A stretch of DNA of 64,000 bases from an uncultured Pirellulaceae bacterium (lineage in GTDB: Bacteria > Planctomycetota > Planctomycetia > Pirellulales > Pirellulaceae): NCBI GenBank assembly GCA_937921995.1, contig CAKZVF010000008.1, positions 2,050 to 66,049 on the forward strand, read 5' to 3'. Of the stretch, positions 30,656 to 41,077 are shown one piece after another (positions within the stretch are counted from its first letter, which is position 1; each line of letters starts with the position of its first letter). The notes beneath the pieces are model-generated. The model did not search any database, was not told where the DNA came from, and was given only the letters and a program-made list of their open reading frames with translations. A program made the position numbers and the translations under genes.

Positions 30656-31996
30656 TTATCTGAACAGTTGGCGAACACCAAAGGTAAAGAAGGTGGACGT
30701 CGCGAAGTTGATCAGTTCCTCTTGAGGCTTAAATCTTAACACCAACGTATCACCCGGTTTGACCAGCAGTCTCTCCCTTGGGTCGTTGATCGCGTCATTG
30801 AGATCGATGCGGATGTTTAACTGTCGGTTACCTGGAATACGCCGCAGCACAATCAGTTCGGTCGGTTGTGTCTGGCTGACGGTGGAGCCGAATCCAGTAG
30901 CGGATCGACCTGCTGCAGCGACACCTTGCCCAGCGATGGATACCGCGGCGAGCACGTCAAGATCGTAGTCACGCGGCAATGGCAGTTCGCCGCCGCCCAA
31001 CAATCCTCCAGTGTAGTAGACGTCCGTCTCCCGCGTATCGACATAGACAATGTCTCCGTCGCGGAGAATGATATCTTCTTGCCGGAAGGTCGGAACCTCT
31101 CCCGGACCTAGGCGTAAGGGAATCGTGATCGCATTGGTACTATCTTCGACCTTCGGCAGGATTCCGTAAGGGAACTGCTCGGGCCGGCTGGTACGGTAGA
31201 ATTCGGCCAATTGAGCGTCGCGTTTGGCCACATCCAGACGGTCACCTCGCAGAATCCTCACTTCGGCTTTCGCGTTAACACCCGGAAGTCCGCCAGTCTG
31301 GGACAGGGCGTTGAGCAAGTCATTCTTATAAGCAGGTAGCTGCAGCACGAAACCACGAGAACTCAAGTCACTACGGTCGGTAACCCCTCGGGTTTGTCCA
31401 ATTCCTGCGAATTGCTGCCCGCGTTGAGCGAACGAATTATCCTGTCGCACAACGAAGACGCGGTGAGTACGTTCGCGAAACAGCGTCACGATGATTCGGT
31501 TTTCATCGGTAAGGATCGGCGCTGGACCGTCTCGGTAGGCACGCGTGATCAGCGCTTCTGCTTGCTGAATCGTCAGACCACGAACCGGGATCGGCGGCAC
31601 CAAAGGCAACGACATTGTGCCGTCGTCACGGACGGGTACCGGGAAACCGATAGAAGGTGCCAAGTCGCTCCCCGGTGGAGGGAAGTTCACTGGCGGTGCT
31701 TGATCGAGATCACCCAGCACACCTTCGATGAACACCGCCAACACATCGTCGGTGTCCAGCGTATAAAACTCTGGCTTAGGTTGACGGAGTCGCGATGCGT
31801 CAATCGGCACTTTGTTCGCTTGAGGTTCTGCCAAGAACTGGGCAGGAACGCGTGAAGCGGGAATCGTGTCGATTGGGGAAAATAACGCCGTGCATCCGGT
31901 CAAAGATACAGTCGTCAGCAACGCCAGAAGCATCGATACCTTCCCCAAGAAAGGTCGGGGTAAGCGGGTCGATGTGGCTGAGTGGTGATTGGTCAT
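30656..31996 (-). CDS. Polysaccharide export (Wza/SLBB-like) lipoprotein
   Basis: Lipobox LTGC, YTLDTDDVL, VRDDGTMSLPLV..GLT, GD-containing SLBB-like repeats; start after aagggag. Confidence 0.8.
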   Translation of the reverse strand: MTNHHSATSTRLPRPFLGKVSMLLALLTTVSLTGCTALFSPIDTIPASRVPAQFLAEPQANKVPIDASRLRQPKPEFYTLDTDDVLAVFIEGVLGDLDQAPPVNFPPPGSDLAPSIGFPVPVRDDGTMSLPLVPPIPVRGLTIQQAEALITRAYRDGPAPILTDENRIIVTLFRERTHRVFVVRQDNSFAQRGQQFAGIGQTRGVTDRSDLSSRGFVLQLPAYKNDLLNALSQTGGLPGVNAKAEVRILRGDRLDVAKRDAQLAEFYRTSRPEQFPYGILPKVEDSTNAITIPLRLGPGEVPTFRQEDIILRDGDIVYVDTRETDVYYTGGLLGGGELPLPRDYDLDVLAAVSIAGQGVAAAGRSATGFGSTVSQTQPTELIVLRRIPGNRQLNIRIDLNDAINDPRERLLVKPGDTLVLRFKPQEELINFATSTFFTFGVRQLFR

Positions 31997-32144
31997 CACT
32001 TCAAAACTCCCTTTTTCGCATTTAAGCGCGGTAATGGCGCAGTGACTCGTTAAGCGGTTCATTGTTCAATGTTGGGCTGAGGTCGGTTGCAGATGCAATC
32101 ATTCAGTTACACCGAAATTGGTAATTTAAATCTTCTGTGGTTGA

Positions 32145-33257
32145 CTATCGTCGGCGGCTGGAGGTCTGTGATTTCCACACGTTCCCCGCCGACCGAACTG
32201 CCATCGGCAGCGGCGTTTGTGATCGTCGTGCAGATTGCACTGCAACCGGCGGCGTGACCGTTGGTGTGACAGATGCAGTCACCTCAGGTGTTACCGTAGG
32301 TTCAACAGCGGTCTGTGATCGACGTGTCGAAATGATCGGTGGCAGCGTTGTCGCCGTTTGGCTGGGCGTTGGAGCCTGCACCACGGGGACCAAGCTTTCA
32401 TCCACGGTTGCGATCGGAGCGGCGGAGGTGCTGGTGATGGAAGGTTGCACTTTGACCGCAGGATCAATCGTAAACTGTTGTGTCTCCGATGCCGGAGCCA
32501 TCGCAAGAGGGCCCGTTCTTCGAATGGTCGGTGACTGAACAAGATCGCTGGGCGTCATGGATCTTGGATTCAGTAAAGCTTTGTTTGATAGTGAAGGGGG
32601 AGCAACGTAATCGCCATTTCGCGAGGCTGATCGGTTGTTGGTTCCGACAATGCCGTTGTCCAATTTCGCCGCTGGTTCTTTAGGAGCATCGGTACGCTGA
32701 GCGACGCCGTAGGCGTTCGTCGTCAACACTGGCACGTCGCTGGGAAGGATGTGTTTCGCGTTGTCTTGCGTGATCGCAGAATTGATCATGCGAGAAGTGT
32801 AGATGTCATGAAATTCGCCTGCCCGGTCCTTCTTGGCTGCTGCGACACCGGCGGGGAAACCTTCAAACCATGTTTTGACACATTGCGAACCATCGGGCGA
32901 CTGATACTCAAAGCCACGATATTCGTCTGGAGGAAGCGCCGGCACGTAACCGTCACCACCATTGCATGTGTCGCAGTATCCGGCGATAAATCCGTTTTGG
33001 AAATGCGACTGGTAGGGCATGTCGCAATTGTTGTATCGCAAATTAAAGGCGCGTTTGGCCCAGACTCGATCGCGATACGTTTCCAAAAATTCGTCGCCAA
33101 TGCCTAGCGAACCTAATCGCTGGCCCAAGTTGCATCCGCTGTTTGGTAAAACCATGGCGGCTGCAAAAAGCATGATCAACAAACGTTGGCAAACCGGATT
33201 TGAAGAAGACTTGTTCCCGGTGTTCTCCGGATTCAGTCGGCTCGCTTCGATAGACAT
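32145..33257 (-). CDS. Planctomycete lipoprotein with Pro/Thr-rich C-terminus
   Basis: Lipobox-like NSGC, conserved-looking GFIAGY..PALPP..Y..WFEGF segment, low-complexity tail. Confidence 0.7.
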   Translation of the reverse strand: MSIEASRLNPENTGNKSSSNPVCQRLLIMLFAAAMVLPNSGCNLGQRLGSLGIGDEFLETYRDRVWAKRAFNLRYNNCDMPYQSHFQNGFIAGYCDTCNGGDGYVPALPPDEYRGFEYQSPDGSQCVKTWFEGFPAGVAAAKKDRAGEFHDIYTSRMINSAITQDNAKHILPSDVPVLTTNAYGVAQRTDAPKEPAAKLDNGIVGTNNRSASRNGDYVAPPSLSNKALLNPRSMTPSDLVQSPTIRRTGPLAMAPASETQQFTIDPAVKVQPSITSTSAAPIATVDESLVPVVQAPTPSQTATTLPPIISTRRSQTAVEPTVTPEVTASVTPTVTPPVAVQSARRSQTPLPMAVRSAGNVWKSQTSSRRR

Positions 33258-33606
33258 TATTTCCCCCTAGTGTGAATTCCAACGCTGCCTGTTAGCAAAC
33301 ATTGGGCAACTGAGTGCAGGCGTAAGCCAAAACACTTCCTTCACAACATCGCCCAATAAGCTATATCGAATTTAACGAAGATTGTCGTTATTCGAGATTT
33401 GCCAGAATTTTCGGCTGATTCGGATGTTCCGCTATCAACGGTTGGCGAAGAAGTGACAGCACTTTGCTGGCGGAATGACGATCCAACGACGTAAACGCGA
33501 ACCCCCGTGCAGCGTTGCTCAACATGCAAACACAGCGATGCCGATAGACTCAAAGGATTGCCGGGCCGAGCGCCCAATGCCACTTTTAGGCAGGCACCGA
33601 ACAACA

Positions 33607-33680
33607 GTTTAACGACAAGCCGGCAGGCGACCGTGTTTGGCGGGGCAAAACGCGGTCGCCTGCCGGCTAATCGCTAAACG
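33607..33680. repeat. ~75-bp palindromic interspersed element, copy 1
   Basis: gtttaacgacaagccggcaggcg...cgcctgccggctaatcgctaaac; four copies in the window. Confidence 0.9.
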
Positions 33681-33719
33681 GACTAAGGATTGAGCCATCA
33701 AAAAAACGTCTTTCGAACT

Positions 33720-33748
33720 TCATAAATCCAAAATCATAAATCCAAAAT
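33720..33748. repeat. 14-bp tandem repeat (tcataaatccaaaa x2)
   Basis: Read directly upstream of pfkA. Confidence 0.8.
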
Positions 33749-33871
33749 AAGTGGCATTGGCCGATCGCCAACCGGGCACGGCTTTAATGGCTTCCCTAAC
33801 AGCTTACCTCTGGCCGATACTAGATGGCCCTACTCGCACGACTCTCTCCAGATTTCAAATAAGAAACACCT

Positions 33872-34966
33872 ATGAAGATCAAAAAGATTGCGGTCACCAC
33901 TGGCGGCGGCGATGCTCCAGGGCTCAACGGCGTCATCCGCGCCGTCACATTAGCCGCCACCAAAAGAGGCTGGGAATGTGTGGGGATCCGTGAAGGTTTT
34001 GATGGGATGCTTCACCCCGATCAGTTCGAAGATGGCGGGATTGTCCCGCTGAACCCGGCGACCGTTCGAGGGATTTCGCACACCGGCGGCACGATTCTGG
34101 GCACCACCAATCGGGGGAATCCTTTTTCCTACGACGTCCAAAACCCTGACGGAACGCTGCAGAAGACCAACCTCTCCGACCGGCTGATTGAAGGGTTCAA
34201 ATCCAACAACATCGACGCGCTGGTCGCTATCGGCGGCGATGGCACGATGGCGATCGCTTGTGAAGTGGCCCAATTGGGCATCAAAGTCGTTGGCGTTCCC
34301 AAAACGATTGATAACGATCTCGACGGTACCATCGCGACTTTTGGTTTTGATACAGCGGTCTCCTTCGCAACCGAAGCAATCGGACGCTTGCACACGACCG
34401 CCGCCAGTCACAACCGGGTGATGATTGTAGAGGTCATGGGAAGGAACGCGGGCTGGATCGCGCTGGAGGCCGGGTTGGCCGGTTCGGCTGATGTGATTTT
34501 GATTCCAGAGATTCCTTTTGAGCTCTCAAAGATCATCGAAAAGATAGAACTTAGAAACCAAAACAGGAAAAAGTTCTCCATCATCTCAATCGCCGAGGGA
34601 GCCATGCCGGTGGGCGGAGAAGCCAGTTATAAAGAGGTGGAAGGTGTGAAGAACTTGGGTGGCATCGGCGAGTGGTTGGCTCAATCGCTGCGCGGGAAAA
34701 TCAACAATCAAGTCCGCACGGTGGTGCTGGGGCATTTGCTGCGAGGCGGTTCGCCGACCAGTCGCGACCGATTGTTGTCACTGAGATTTGGTGCGGCAGC
34801 GGTGCGTGCGTTGGACGACGGGCACTTCAATGTGATGGTCGGGCTGGATCCACCCACGGTCCGTCATATTCCATTGGAAGTCGCAACCAAAAACATGAAG
34901 ACAGTCCCTTTGGATTGCGACATGCTAATGACCGCCCGGGATCTTGGCACATGTTTAGGGGATTAA
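33872..34966 (+). CDS. pfkA: 6-phosphofructokinase (PfkA family)
   Basis: TGGGDAPGLN, GGTILGT, GGDG, PKTIDND, MGR, LGHLLRGG motifs. Confidence 0.95.
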   Translation: MKIKKIAVTTGGGDAPGLNGVIRAVTLAATKRGWECVGIREGFDGMLHPDQFEDGGIVPLNPATVRGISHTGGTILGTTNRGNPFSYDVQNPDGTLQKTNLSDRLIEGFKSNNIDALVAIGGDGTMAIACEVAQLGIKVVGVPKTIDNDLDGTIATFGFDTAVSFATEAIGRLHTTAASHNRVMIVEVMGRNAGWIALEAGLAGSADVILIPEIPFELSKIIEKIELRNQNRKKFSIISIAEGAMPVGGEASYKEVEGVKNLGGIGEWLAQSLRGKINNQVRTVVLGHLLRGGSPTSRDRLLSLRFGAAAVRALDDGHFNVMVGLDPPTVRHIPLEVATKNMKTVPLDCDMLMTARDLGTCLGD

Positions 34967-35124
34967 ACGTGGGCAGCGACGCCCGCCGTTTTGTACTACC
35001 CAGTTCACAGATTGGCGGTCGTCGTGAATCTGGTTGATGATGCTGCGTTTTGATTGAACGAAGCATCAAAGCTGATGTGAACAGCACGGTGGCGAGAACA
35101 GTGGGCGGCGCTGATCGGTTCGCG

Positions 35125-35565
35125 CTACGATCGGCGTGGTGCGACCGAACTGCTGATGGAGAAGTCGGATTCCAGAACGTCGAAAGAATACACGTCGTCA
35201 AAATGGGAACGACGGTCGCGGGTCGATTTTTTCATGATGCCGGCGTCAATCATGTTGTAAACGATATCGCCGAAGCAAGACGTGGATTCAATGCCCCAAT
35301 TCTTTAGCACAATGCGAGACATGTAACCAAACTGATTCAAAGAGTAACGTCGAATCGCTTCGCACAATTGCTGACCGGTAAGATGCCTTTCCTGAGGCCT
35401 AACCGCGACAACTTCTTCGCTGGCGGACGAGTCAAAGGAGTACTCGTCCATTTCAAGGGTGTCGTCAGCGAAAGCCATTGCTTCACGCACAAACTGATAA
35501 GCTTCGACAGGATAGCGACTGTCGCGAGCGACGGCCTGAAAGATCAGGAAGTTTTCTTCGGGCAT
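35125..35565 (-). CDS. PVC-conserved Minf_1886-family protein
   Basis: RY..EAY.FV.EA, RHLTGQQLCE, FG...WGI..T..FG.IVYN motifs. Confidence 0.8.
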   Translation of the reverse strand: MPEENFLIFQAVARDSRYPVEAYQFVREAMAFADDTLEMDEYSFDSSASEEVVAVRPQERHLTGQQLCEAIRRYSLNQFGYMSRIVLKNWGIESTSCFGDIVYNMIDAGIMKKSTRDRRSHFDDVYSFDVLESDFSISSSVAPRRS

Positions 35566-35595
35566 GGGTGTAACCAGTGAGAGGTTGGTGACCAG

Positions 35596-35753
35596 CGGGT
35601 CCCTGTGTTGGAATACATATCCTACTCAAACCCGGTATCTCTGGAAACGGGAATGAATTTAAAAAGCCAAAATCATAACGTGATGTGCCATTTATTAAGG
35701 TCGTCCATCTTGGACAGCTTCTTAAACTTCAAACCCCCAACACGGCGTACCGG
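35596..35753. ncRNA. Candidate structured ncRNA (6S-RNA-like rod)
   Basis: Ends are complementary (CTGTGTTGG 35603-35611 / CCAACACGG 35737-35745), ~160 nt, intergenic; strand unresolved. Confidence 0.3.
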
Positions 35754-36075
35754 AAGAAACCGCCCAATGCTTGCTGGCAGATACTTGACCCCAAGCCGAA
35801 AACGAGGGCAGCTCAGGTCCGCTGAACCTGAATCAAAACATGCGTTTGCTATCGAAGGCAATGGCTTTGGTTAAAACAAACGAGTAGCCGAGCGGTCTTA
35901 ACGGAAAATTCCCCAGCAAAAACAACCTTCCCAAGTCGCCGTTTATCGATTGTAGGGGGCGTGTAGAAAAATGGTGGATTGGCTGTTTGAGAGCGACAGT
36001 TTTTCCTCGACACATTGTCGCAGGTGAAGATTTTCGCTGAGTCTCAGGTGGCGAAAAATGGGACGTTACGCCGCA

Positions 36076-37143
36076 CTAAGCCGGTGGCGGGTCTTTTCGT
36101 TTGCGCCGTCGGCGCGACCGTCGCCGCTTCTTTTTGGAGGAAGTTGTCTCAACGGCGTCCTGTTCAGAACTGCTGTCTTTGGCAGGCGAAGGGCTCTGCG
36201 CGGGACGCTTCGCCTTTTTACTTTCGGAACCTTTTCGCCGGGAATCGGATTCTTGTTTGCGTTCTGGTTTTGATTTGCCGGCCGCCTTGGATTCAATGCG
36301 CAATGAATCAGTGCGCGATGAATCAGAGGTCGCCGCCTTGCGTGTCACCGAAAGAACTTCACTGGCTTCGATCAATATCCGGCGATGGTCCTCGGTTTCG
36401 ACCAGCAACTGTTGCGCGATGATCTGTTGGGAGATGACACGCGCTTTACCATTGCGGGTGACGACATGGGAACCCACTTTGGGAAGTTCCCGCTGAATAT
36501 CCTGATACGTGTCGAACTCATACCGCAAACAGCATTTCAAACGTCCGCATCGCCCAGAAATCTTGGTGGGGTCAAGCGTCGCTTTTTGCAGTTTTGCCAT
36601 CTTCATCGAAACCGGTGGCATCTTCACCAAATGGTTATTGCAGCAAACCGGTTTACCACAGTCTCCGTAGTCGGCCAGCAATTTCGCTTCGTCACGGGCA
36701 CCGATCTGCTTCATCTCGACACGCGTTTTAAATTCGCCGGCCAGAACTTTCACAAGTTCTCGAAAATCAACGCGGTCCTCAGAAAGATAGTAAACGACCA
36801 TGCGCTGCCGCCCGAGCAGTTGTTCGACGTCGACCAATTTCATGGCCAAGCCAAGTTTTTCGGCATGCCGTTTACAGGTTTCAATATTCGACAGTCGCGC
36901 GCCTTCGATGGTGCCGATGTCCGCCGCATCCTCGGCGCTGACGGCGCGTACAATGGTACCGTGGGCGGGTTGGTCCAAATGCGAAAGCGCATCTTCAGTG
37001 GATTCGCACAACACCTGGCCAACTTCCAGACCACGATCGGTGCGAACGACCACCTCCATCCCACGGCGGAATTGGTCCTCCGAACGCGAAGCCATCACCC
37101 CAAGGCTTCGCATGGTTCCATATCTGACGATGTACTTACTCAA
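36076..37143 (-). CDS. PSP1-domain protein (YaaT/RicT family)
   Basis: RVDFRELVK, QIGARDEAK, CGKPVCC, KISGRCGRLKCCLRYE; likely TTG start at 37143. Confidence 0.92.
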   Translation of the reverse strand: MSKYIVRYGTMRSLGVMASRSEDQFRRGMEVVVRTDRGLEVGQVLCESTEDALSHLDQPAHGTIVRAVSAEDAADIGTIEGARLSNIETCKRHAEKLGLAMKLVDVEQLLGRQRMVVYYLSEDRVDFRELVKVLAGEFKTRVEMKQIGARDEAKLLADYGDCGKPVCCNNHLVKMPPVSMKMAKLQKATLDPTKISGRCGRLKCCLRYEFDTYQDIQRELPKVGSHVVTRNGKARVISQQIIAQQLLVETEDHRRILIEASEVLSVTRKAATSDSSRTDSLRIESKAAGKSKPERKQESDSRRKGSESKKAKRPAQSPSPAKDSSSEQDAVETTSSKKKRRRSRRRRKRKDPPPA

Positions 37144-37191
37144 GACGAAGCACTCCAAGCCAAGTCGTAGATAGTTGGACCAGCGTTTGCA

Positions 37192-39306
37192 TTATTCTGG
37201 AATCCACAAAGATCCGGCCGACGAGTCGGATCCTTCTTCGCCGCCTTGGGCCGGTACCGATTGCGCCATCTGGGGCGATCGGTTTCTCGGGGGCGGAATG
37301 TTAGGAGCACTGTCAGTCGCCGTCGGGTCGTAGAGCCCATATTTCACCAGCACTTCGGTCAGGCGATATTCGACTTCCGGTTCATCCAAGTGCCGTGATT
37401 GAATGGTGCGAATGAGTTCTCTTAAGTTCTCATGCATGCCGCGCGACAAACGGAATTCGAACTCTTGCACCAAAATCGTTCCGATCGAACGTCCGGCGGT
37501 TTTGGCTTCCTGTTTAGCCTTGGAAAGATAATCCAGTACAACATCGGTGTCATCGCTGATGCTTGCCAACACGGCGTAGATTCGGTCTTTATGAACGGTG
37601 TCTTCGATGCCTTCCCGATGGAGCATCGCATGGCAAGTCCGTTCGATGATCGGCAAACATCTGACCATCATGCCAAACTCATGAACCTTAAACAGCTTCG
37701 ACTCTTCACACTTTTGGAAATCTAAGTTGGCTCGCAACAAAGTGCAAACCGCTTCAACGTCACGATCGGTCAAATCGACTGGAGGAAGTTTTTCAATTCC
37801 CAGTTCAGAACGCATCTCAGCAATGACCGTTTCAGGATACATTCCGCGTTGGCTGTTGTGCTCCAATTCCGTCAGCATGGCCTGCACCTCTGATCGCTTG
37901 GTTTCGTCTTTGGCTGCATCGCGGATACTGACATCGCCCAGTGAACGGAACGGGTAGTTCATCCAGGTGTCGATCAACCGCGTTCGAATCTGTTGCTTCA
38001 TCAGTTCGGCATGTTTTTCAAACGAAGTTTCCTCAGGTAGAACCCAATCCCAAGACATCATCGCGTCAAGTTCGGGAATCGAATCGATGACGGATGTCTT
38101 GGGTGCCGAGTGCAAGTCGCCAAGCACCGTTTTGAGGATCTCAATGTTTTCATCGTAGGTTTGCGTGGCGGGGACAATGTACTCCAACCGGGCCGAACGA
38201 TCGGTTTGTTTGGCGTACAATAAAATTTCACCACGCATAAATGGGACATCCTCCAGCGCGTAATCATCACCTTGGTCGCCCAGTTTGGGTTTGCTCAGTA
38301 AATAGTGTCCCACGACTGGCGGATTGCTTTCGCCAAAGGGATCTTCATCGGGGCAGTTCGCCGGCGACAAATGATTGGAAGAGGCTGTAAGCTCTTTCAG
38401 CGCTTGGAAATCGCTGACTTCAAACGTATGCCGAACGACATCCGACTTCTTCTCGTTGGTGCGATCCAAAAATTGTTTGATCGTCAACGCCGCGATTTGA
38501 TCCCAAGAATGATCTTCTTCGTGGTCGGCCAAGGATTGCCAAGCGGCGATAGCATCATCGTTGTACCCCAACATGCTGTTGATGATCGCGACCGTTCGTT
38601 TGATCGTACTGACACCTGGAAATGCTGCATCGGCTTTTTTCGCCATCTTTAGCGCTTTGCGGAACTGCCCGCGGTCAATCGCCCGCAATACATTTTTGTA
38701 CTTCTTCTCCCACTCAACATTCTCCGGACATAGCTCCGGCATCATTTCCGTCTTCGCGGTCACGCTGGAGACGTTTTGAAATGTTGAAAGCAAAATTTGT
38801 TTTGTCTCCGGTTCTTCCTTGAGCAGATCGGCGTACCTCAGATGAGCCCGCGCTGCGAACAACTTGTTCTGCTCTAAAAATTGCATTCCGATGATGCGAA
38901 ATGCTTGCGCGTAGGTCACCGGAATGGAGTTGCCCACGATCGCGTCCATCGCATCTTGCAACGCCTCAACTGCCGCCGCCACATCACCCTCTTGGGCGCA
39001 GATCAAAGCCAAATGGTGGAAGCCGCTGGAATGATCGGGGTTGTTCTTTTGAAAAATTTCATTCGCAGCCCGCGCGCGTTCAAGCTCGCCGGCTTGCAAA
39101 AGTAGGCGTGTCTGGATCGTTACCAGGCAATCTTTTGGGCCCGACTTCGCGATTGTGCGTTCAAGTTGCTCCAGCGCAGAAGACAATTGCCCGGCCTTAC
39201 TTTTGGCCAAAGCATCGTCAAGGTCAGCAACGACCGACTTTCCACAGCAGAACTTGATCTTTTTTTCCGCATGACAGGGGCACTGCTGATAAATGTCGAT
39301 GTCCAT
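37192..39306 (-). CDS. SEC-C-like motif plus TPR-like helical protein
   Basis: N-terminal CPCHAEKKIKFCC followed by helical repeats. Confidence 0.8.
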   Translation of the reverse strand: MDIDIYQQCPCHAEKKIKFCCGKSVVADLDDALAKSKAGQLSSALEQLERTIAKSGPKDCLVTIQTRLLLQAGELERARAANEIFQKNNPDHSSGFHHLALICAQEGDVAAAVEALQDAMDAIVGNSIPVTYAQAFRIIGMQFLEQNKLFAARAHLRYADLLKEEPETKQILLSTFQNVSSVTAKTEMMPELCPENVEWEKKYKNVLRAIDRGQFRKALKMAKKADAAFPGVSTIKRTVAIINSMLGYNDDAIAAWQSLADHEEDHSWDQIAALTIKQFLDRTNEKKSDVVRHTFEVSDFQALKELTASSNHLSPANCPDEDPFGESNPPVVGHYLLSKPKLGDQGDDYALEDVPFMRGEILLYAKQTDRSARLEYIVPATQTYDENIEILKTVLGDLHSAPKTSVIDSIPELDAMMSWDWVLPEETSFEKHAELMKQQIRTRLIDTWMNYPFRSLGDVSIRDAAKDETKRSEVQAMLTELEHNSQRGMYPETVIAEMRSELGIEKLPPVDLTDRDVEAVCTLLRANLDFQKCEESKLFKVHEFGMMVRCLPIIERTCHAMLHREGIEDTVHKDRIYAVLASISDDTDVVLDYLSKAKQEAKTAGRSIGTILVQEFEFRLSRGMHENLRELIRTIQSRHLDEPEVEYRLTEVLVKYGLYDPTATDSAPNIPPPRNRSPQMAQSVPAQGGEEGSDSSAGSLWIPE

Positions 39307-39608
39307 AAAAAATTACACTCATCTAGTGGGACGTTGAATTGTTGTGTTGGTGGTTTGGCGGATAATACGTGACTTTGGCAGGTGCTATCGCAGCTTAACA
39401 ATTTATGGCATTTTTCAGGCATTAGGAACCCGGCTTCTAGCAAACTAAGCCGATCTTTGAGCCGCCCCAAGGCAGCAGGTTTCCCAAAAATCTGCCGAAC
39501 CTTTGAAGTCATTGTTCTTGAATTGATGCCCTTGGGCAGCGTAGGATAGCGTTGTCCTCCGTTTCACAAACAACCACTCGATAAAGTCAGACTTTTTTTG
39601 GTTCGCCG

Positions 39609-40169
39609 ATGCCCGTAACCTATTTCCAGCGCTACCGAATGCGGTACGACCTCTGGCAAGGCATTGCCGACGCGGCACCCGCGAACCCGAACTACCACTT
39701 TCGCGGTTGGAATGAAAAACTTCTTCAACACCATGCCGAAGTCAAGTTCCGGAGTTTCCGTAGCGAGCTGGACGCGAACGTGTTTCCTTGTCTTGGTGAC
39801 GCCGATGGGTGTTTGAGGCTGATGAAGGAAATTTCCAATCGGCAGGGATTTGTCCCCCAAGCGACTTGGTTGGTCCAGTATCAGGATCCGGAAACTGGGA
39901 AAGTAGAAAATTGCGGAACCGTTCAAGGCATCCGCTCACAACCCGATGTTGGAGCCATTCAAAACATCGGCATCGTGGCCAGCCATCGCGGGCACGGTTT
40001 AGGAACGCAGTTGATGCACTATTGCTTGCGCGGATTTAAAGAAGCAGGCGTGCGATTCGTAACCTTGGAAGTCACGTCGCACAACACCGGTGCGATGCGA
40101 CTGTACAAACGTCTTGGGTTTCAGGTTCTCAAAACCGTCTACAAATCGGCCGAGATCAAGTACTCGTAG
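39609..40169 (+). CDS. GNAT-family N-acetyltransferase
   Basis: IGIVASHRGHGLG, LEVTSHNTGAMRLYKRLGF. Confidence 0.92.
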   Translation: MPVTYFQRYRMRYDLWQGIADAAPANPNYHFRGWNEKLLQHHAEVKFRSFRSELDANVFPCLGDADGCLRLMKEISNRQGFVPQATWLVQYQDPETGKVENCGTVQGIRSQPDVGAIQNIGIVASHRGHGLGTQLMHYCLRGFKEAGVRFVTLEVTSHNTGAMRLYKRLGFQVLKTVYKSAEIKYS

Positions 40170-40230
40170 AACAAAGCGACTCGCTGTGTCTGTGATCTTA
40201 TCAAAACCTTGCCATAGAAAGTGTAAATGG

Positions 40231-40294
40231 TAACCCGACGCGTGAGCGAGGAAGCGCGATGATCCCCGCTATTGCGCGCTTACGCGTCGGGTTA
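40231..40294. repeat. Palindromic REP-like element
   Basis: taacccgacgcgtgagcg ... cgcttacgcgtcgggtta inverted arms, between convergent genes. Confidence 0.85.
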
Positions 40295-40339
40295 TCAAAA
40301 AAATCACAGCCTATCCCAGTCGTGAGCGATCTCCTCCGA

Positions 40340-41077
40340 TCAAATCACCTTACCGCCAGACAAATGAATCACGGCATCCGCCCTTTTGGCCAAACCGTTA
40401 TCATGCGTCACCATTACGACGGTCAAGTTTTCCCGTTGCCTTAACCGGTCCAAAGTTTCCATCACTTCAGCGCCGTTTTCTTCATCCAAATTCCCTGTCG
40501 GTTCGTCCGCCAAAAGAATCGATGGATCAGAAATCAACGCGCGTGCGATCGCCGTGCGCTGCATCTCGCCCCCGGACAGCTCGGATGGTTTGTGCGTGAT
40601 TCGGTGTTCCATGCCCACCATCTCCAACAACTCCATCGCCCGTTTTTTATACGCCGCTTTATTTCTCAGGTAGCTGAAGAAACCATCCTGAACCATTTTG
40701 GGAACCAGTACGTTCTCCAGCGTCGATAGCTCCGGCAGCAGATGGTAGAACTGAAAGATCAGCCCAAATTCTTCGTTGCGCAATTTCTCACGCTCTTTAG
40801 ATGGAAGATCGTCGACTCGCCGATTCTGAAAATGGACTTCGCCCGCGTTAGGCGCATCCAGCGTCGCCAGCAAATGCAGCAACGTACTTTTGCCCGAACC
40901 GCTCTGGCCGATGATGGCAGTGAAACTTCCTGCTTCGATTTCGAGGTCGACGCCGTTGAGCACGTCGACGGCGTGGCTGCCTTTGCGGTAGGTCTTCTTT
41001 AAACCGCGCGTCCACATGAGCGCGTTGCTTGGGCGCTCCAAAGTAGCGACCGAATCCTGTGTTGCGAGTTTACTCAT
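40340..41077 (-). CDS. lolD: Lipoprotein-releasing ABC transporter ATP-binding protein
   Basis: GQSGSGKST, LSGGEMQR, ADEPTGNLD; overlaps the stop of the lolE-like gene. Confidence 0.88.
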   Translation of the reverse strand: MSKLATQDSVATLERPSNALMWTRGLKKTYRKGSHAVDVLNGVDLEIEAGSFTAIIGQSGSGKSTLLHLLATLDAPNAGEVHFQNRRVDDLPSKEREKLRNEEFGLIFQFYHLLPELSTLENVLVPKMVQDGFFSYLRNKAAYKKRAMELLEMVGMEHRITHKPSELSGGEMQRTAIARALISDPSILLADEPTGNLDEENGAEVMETLDRLRQRENLTVVMVTHDNGLAKRADAVIHLSGGKVI

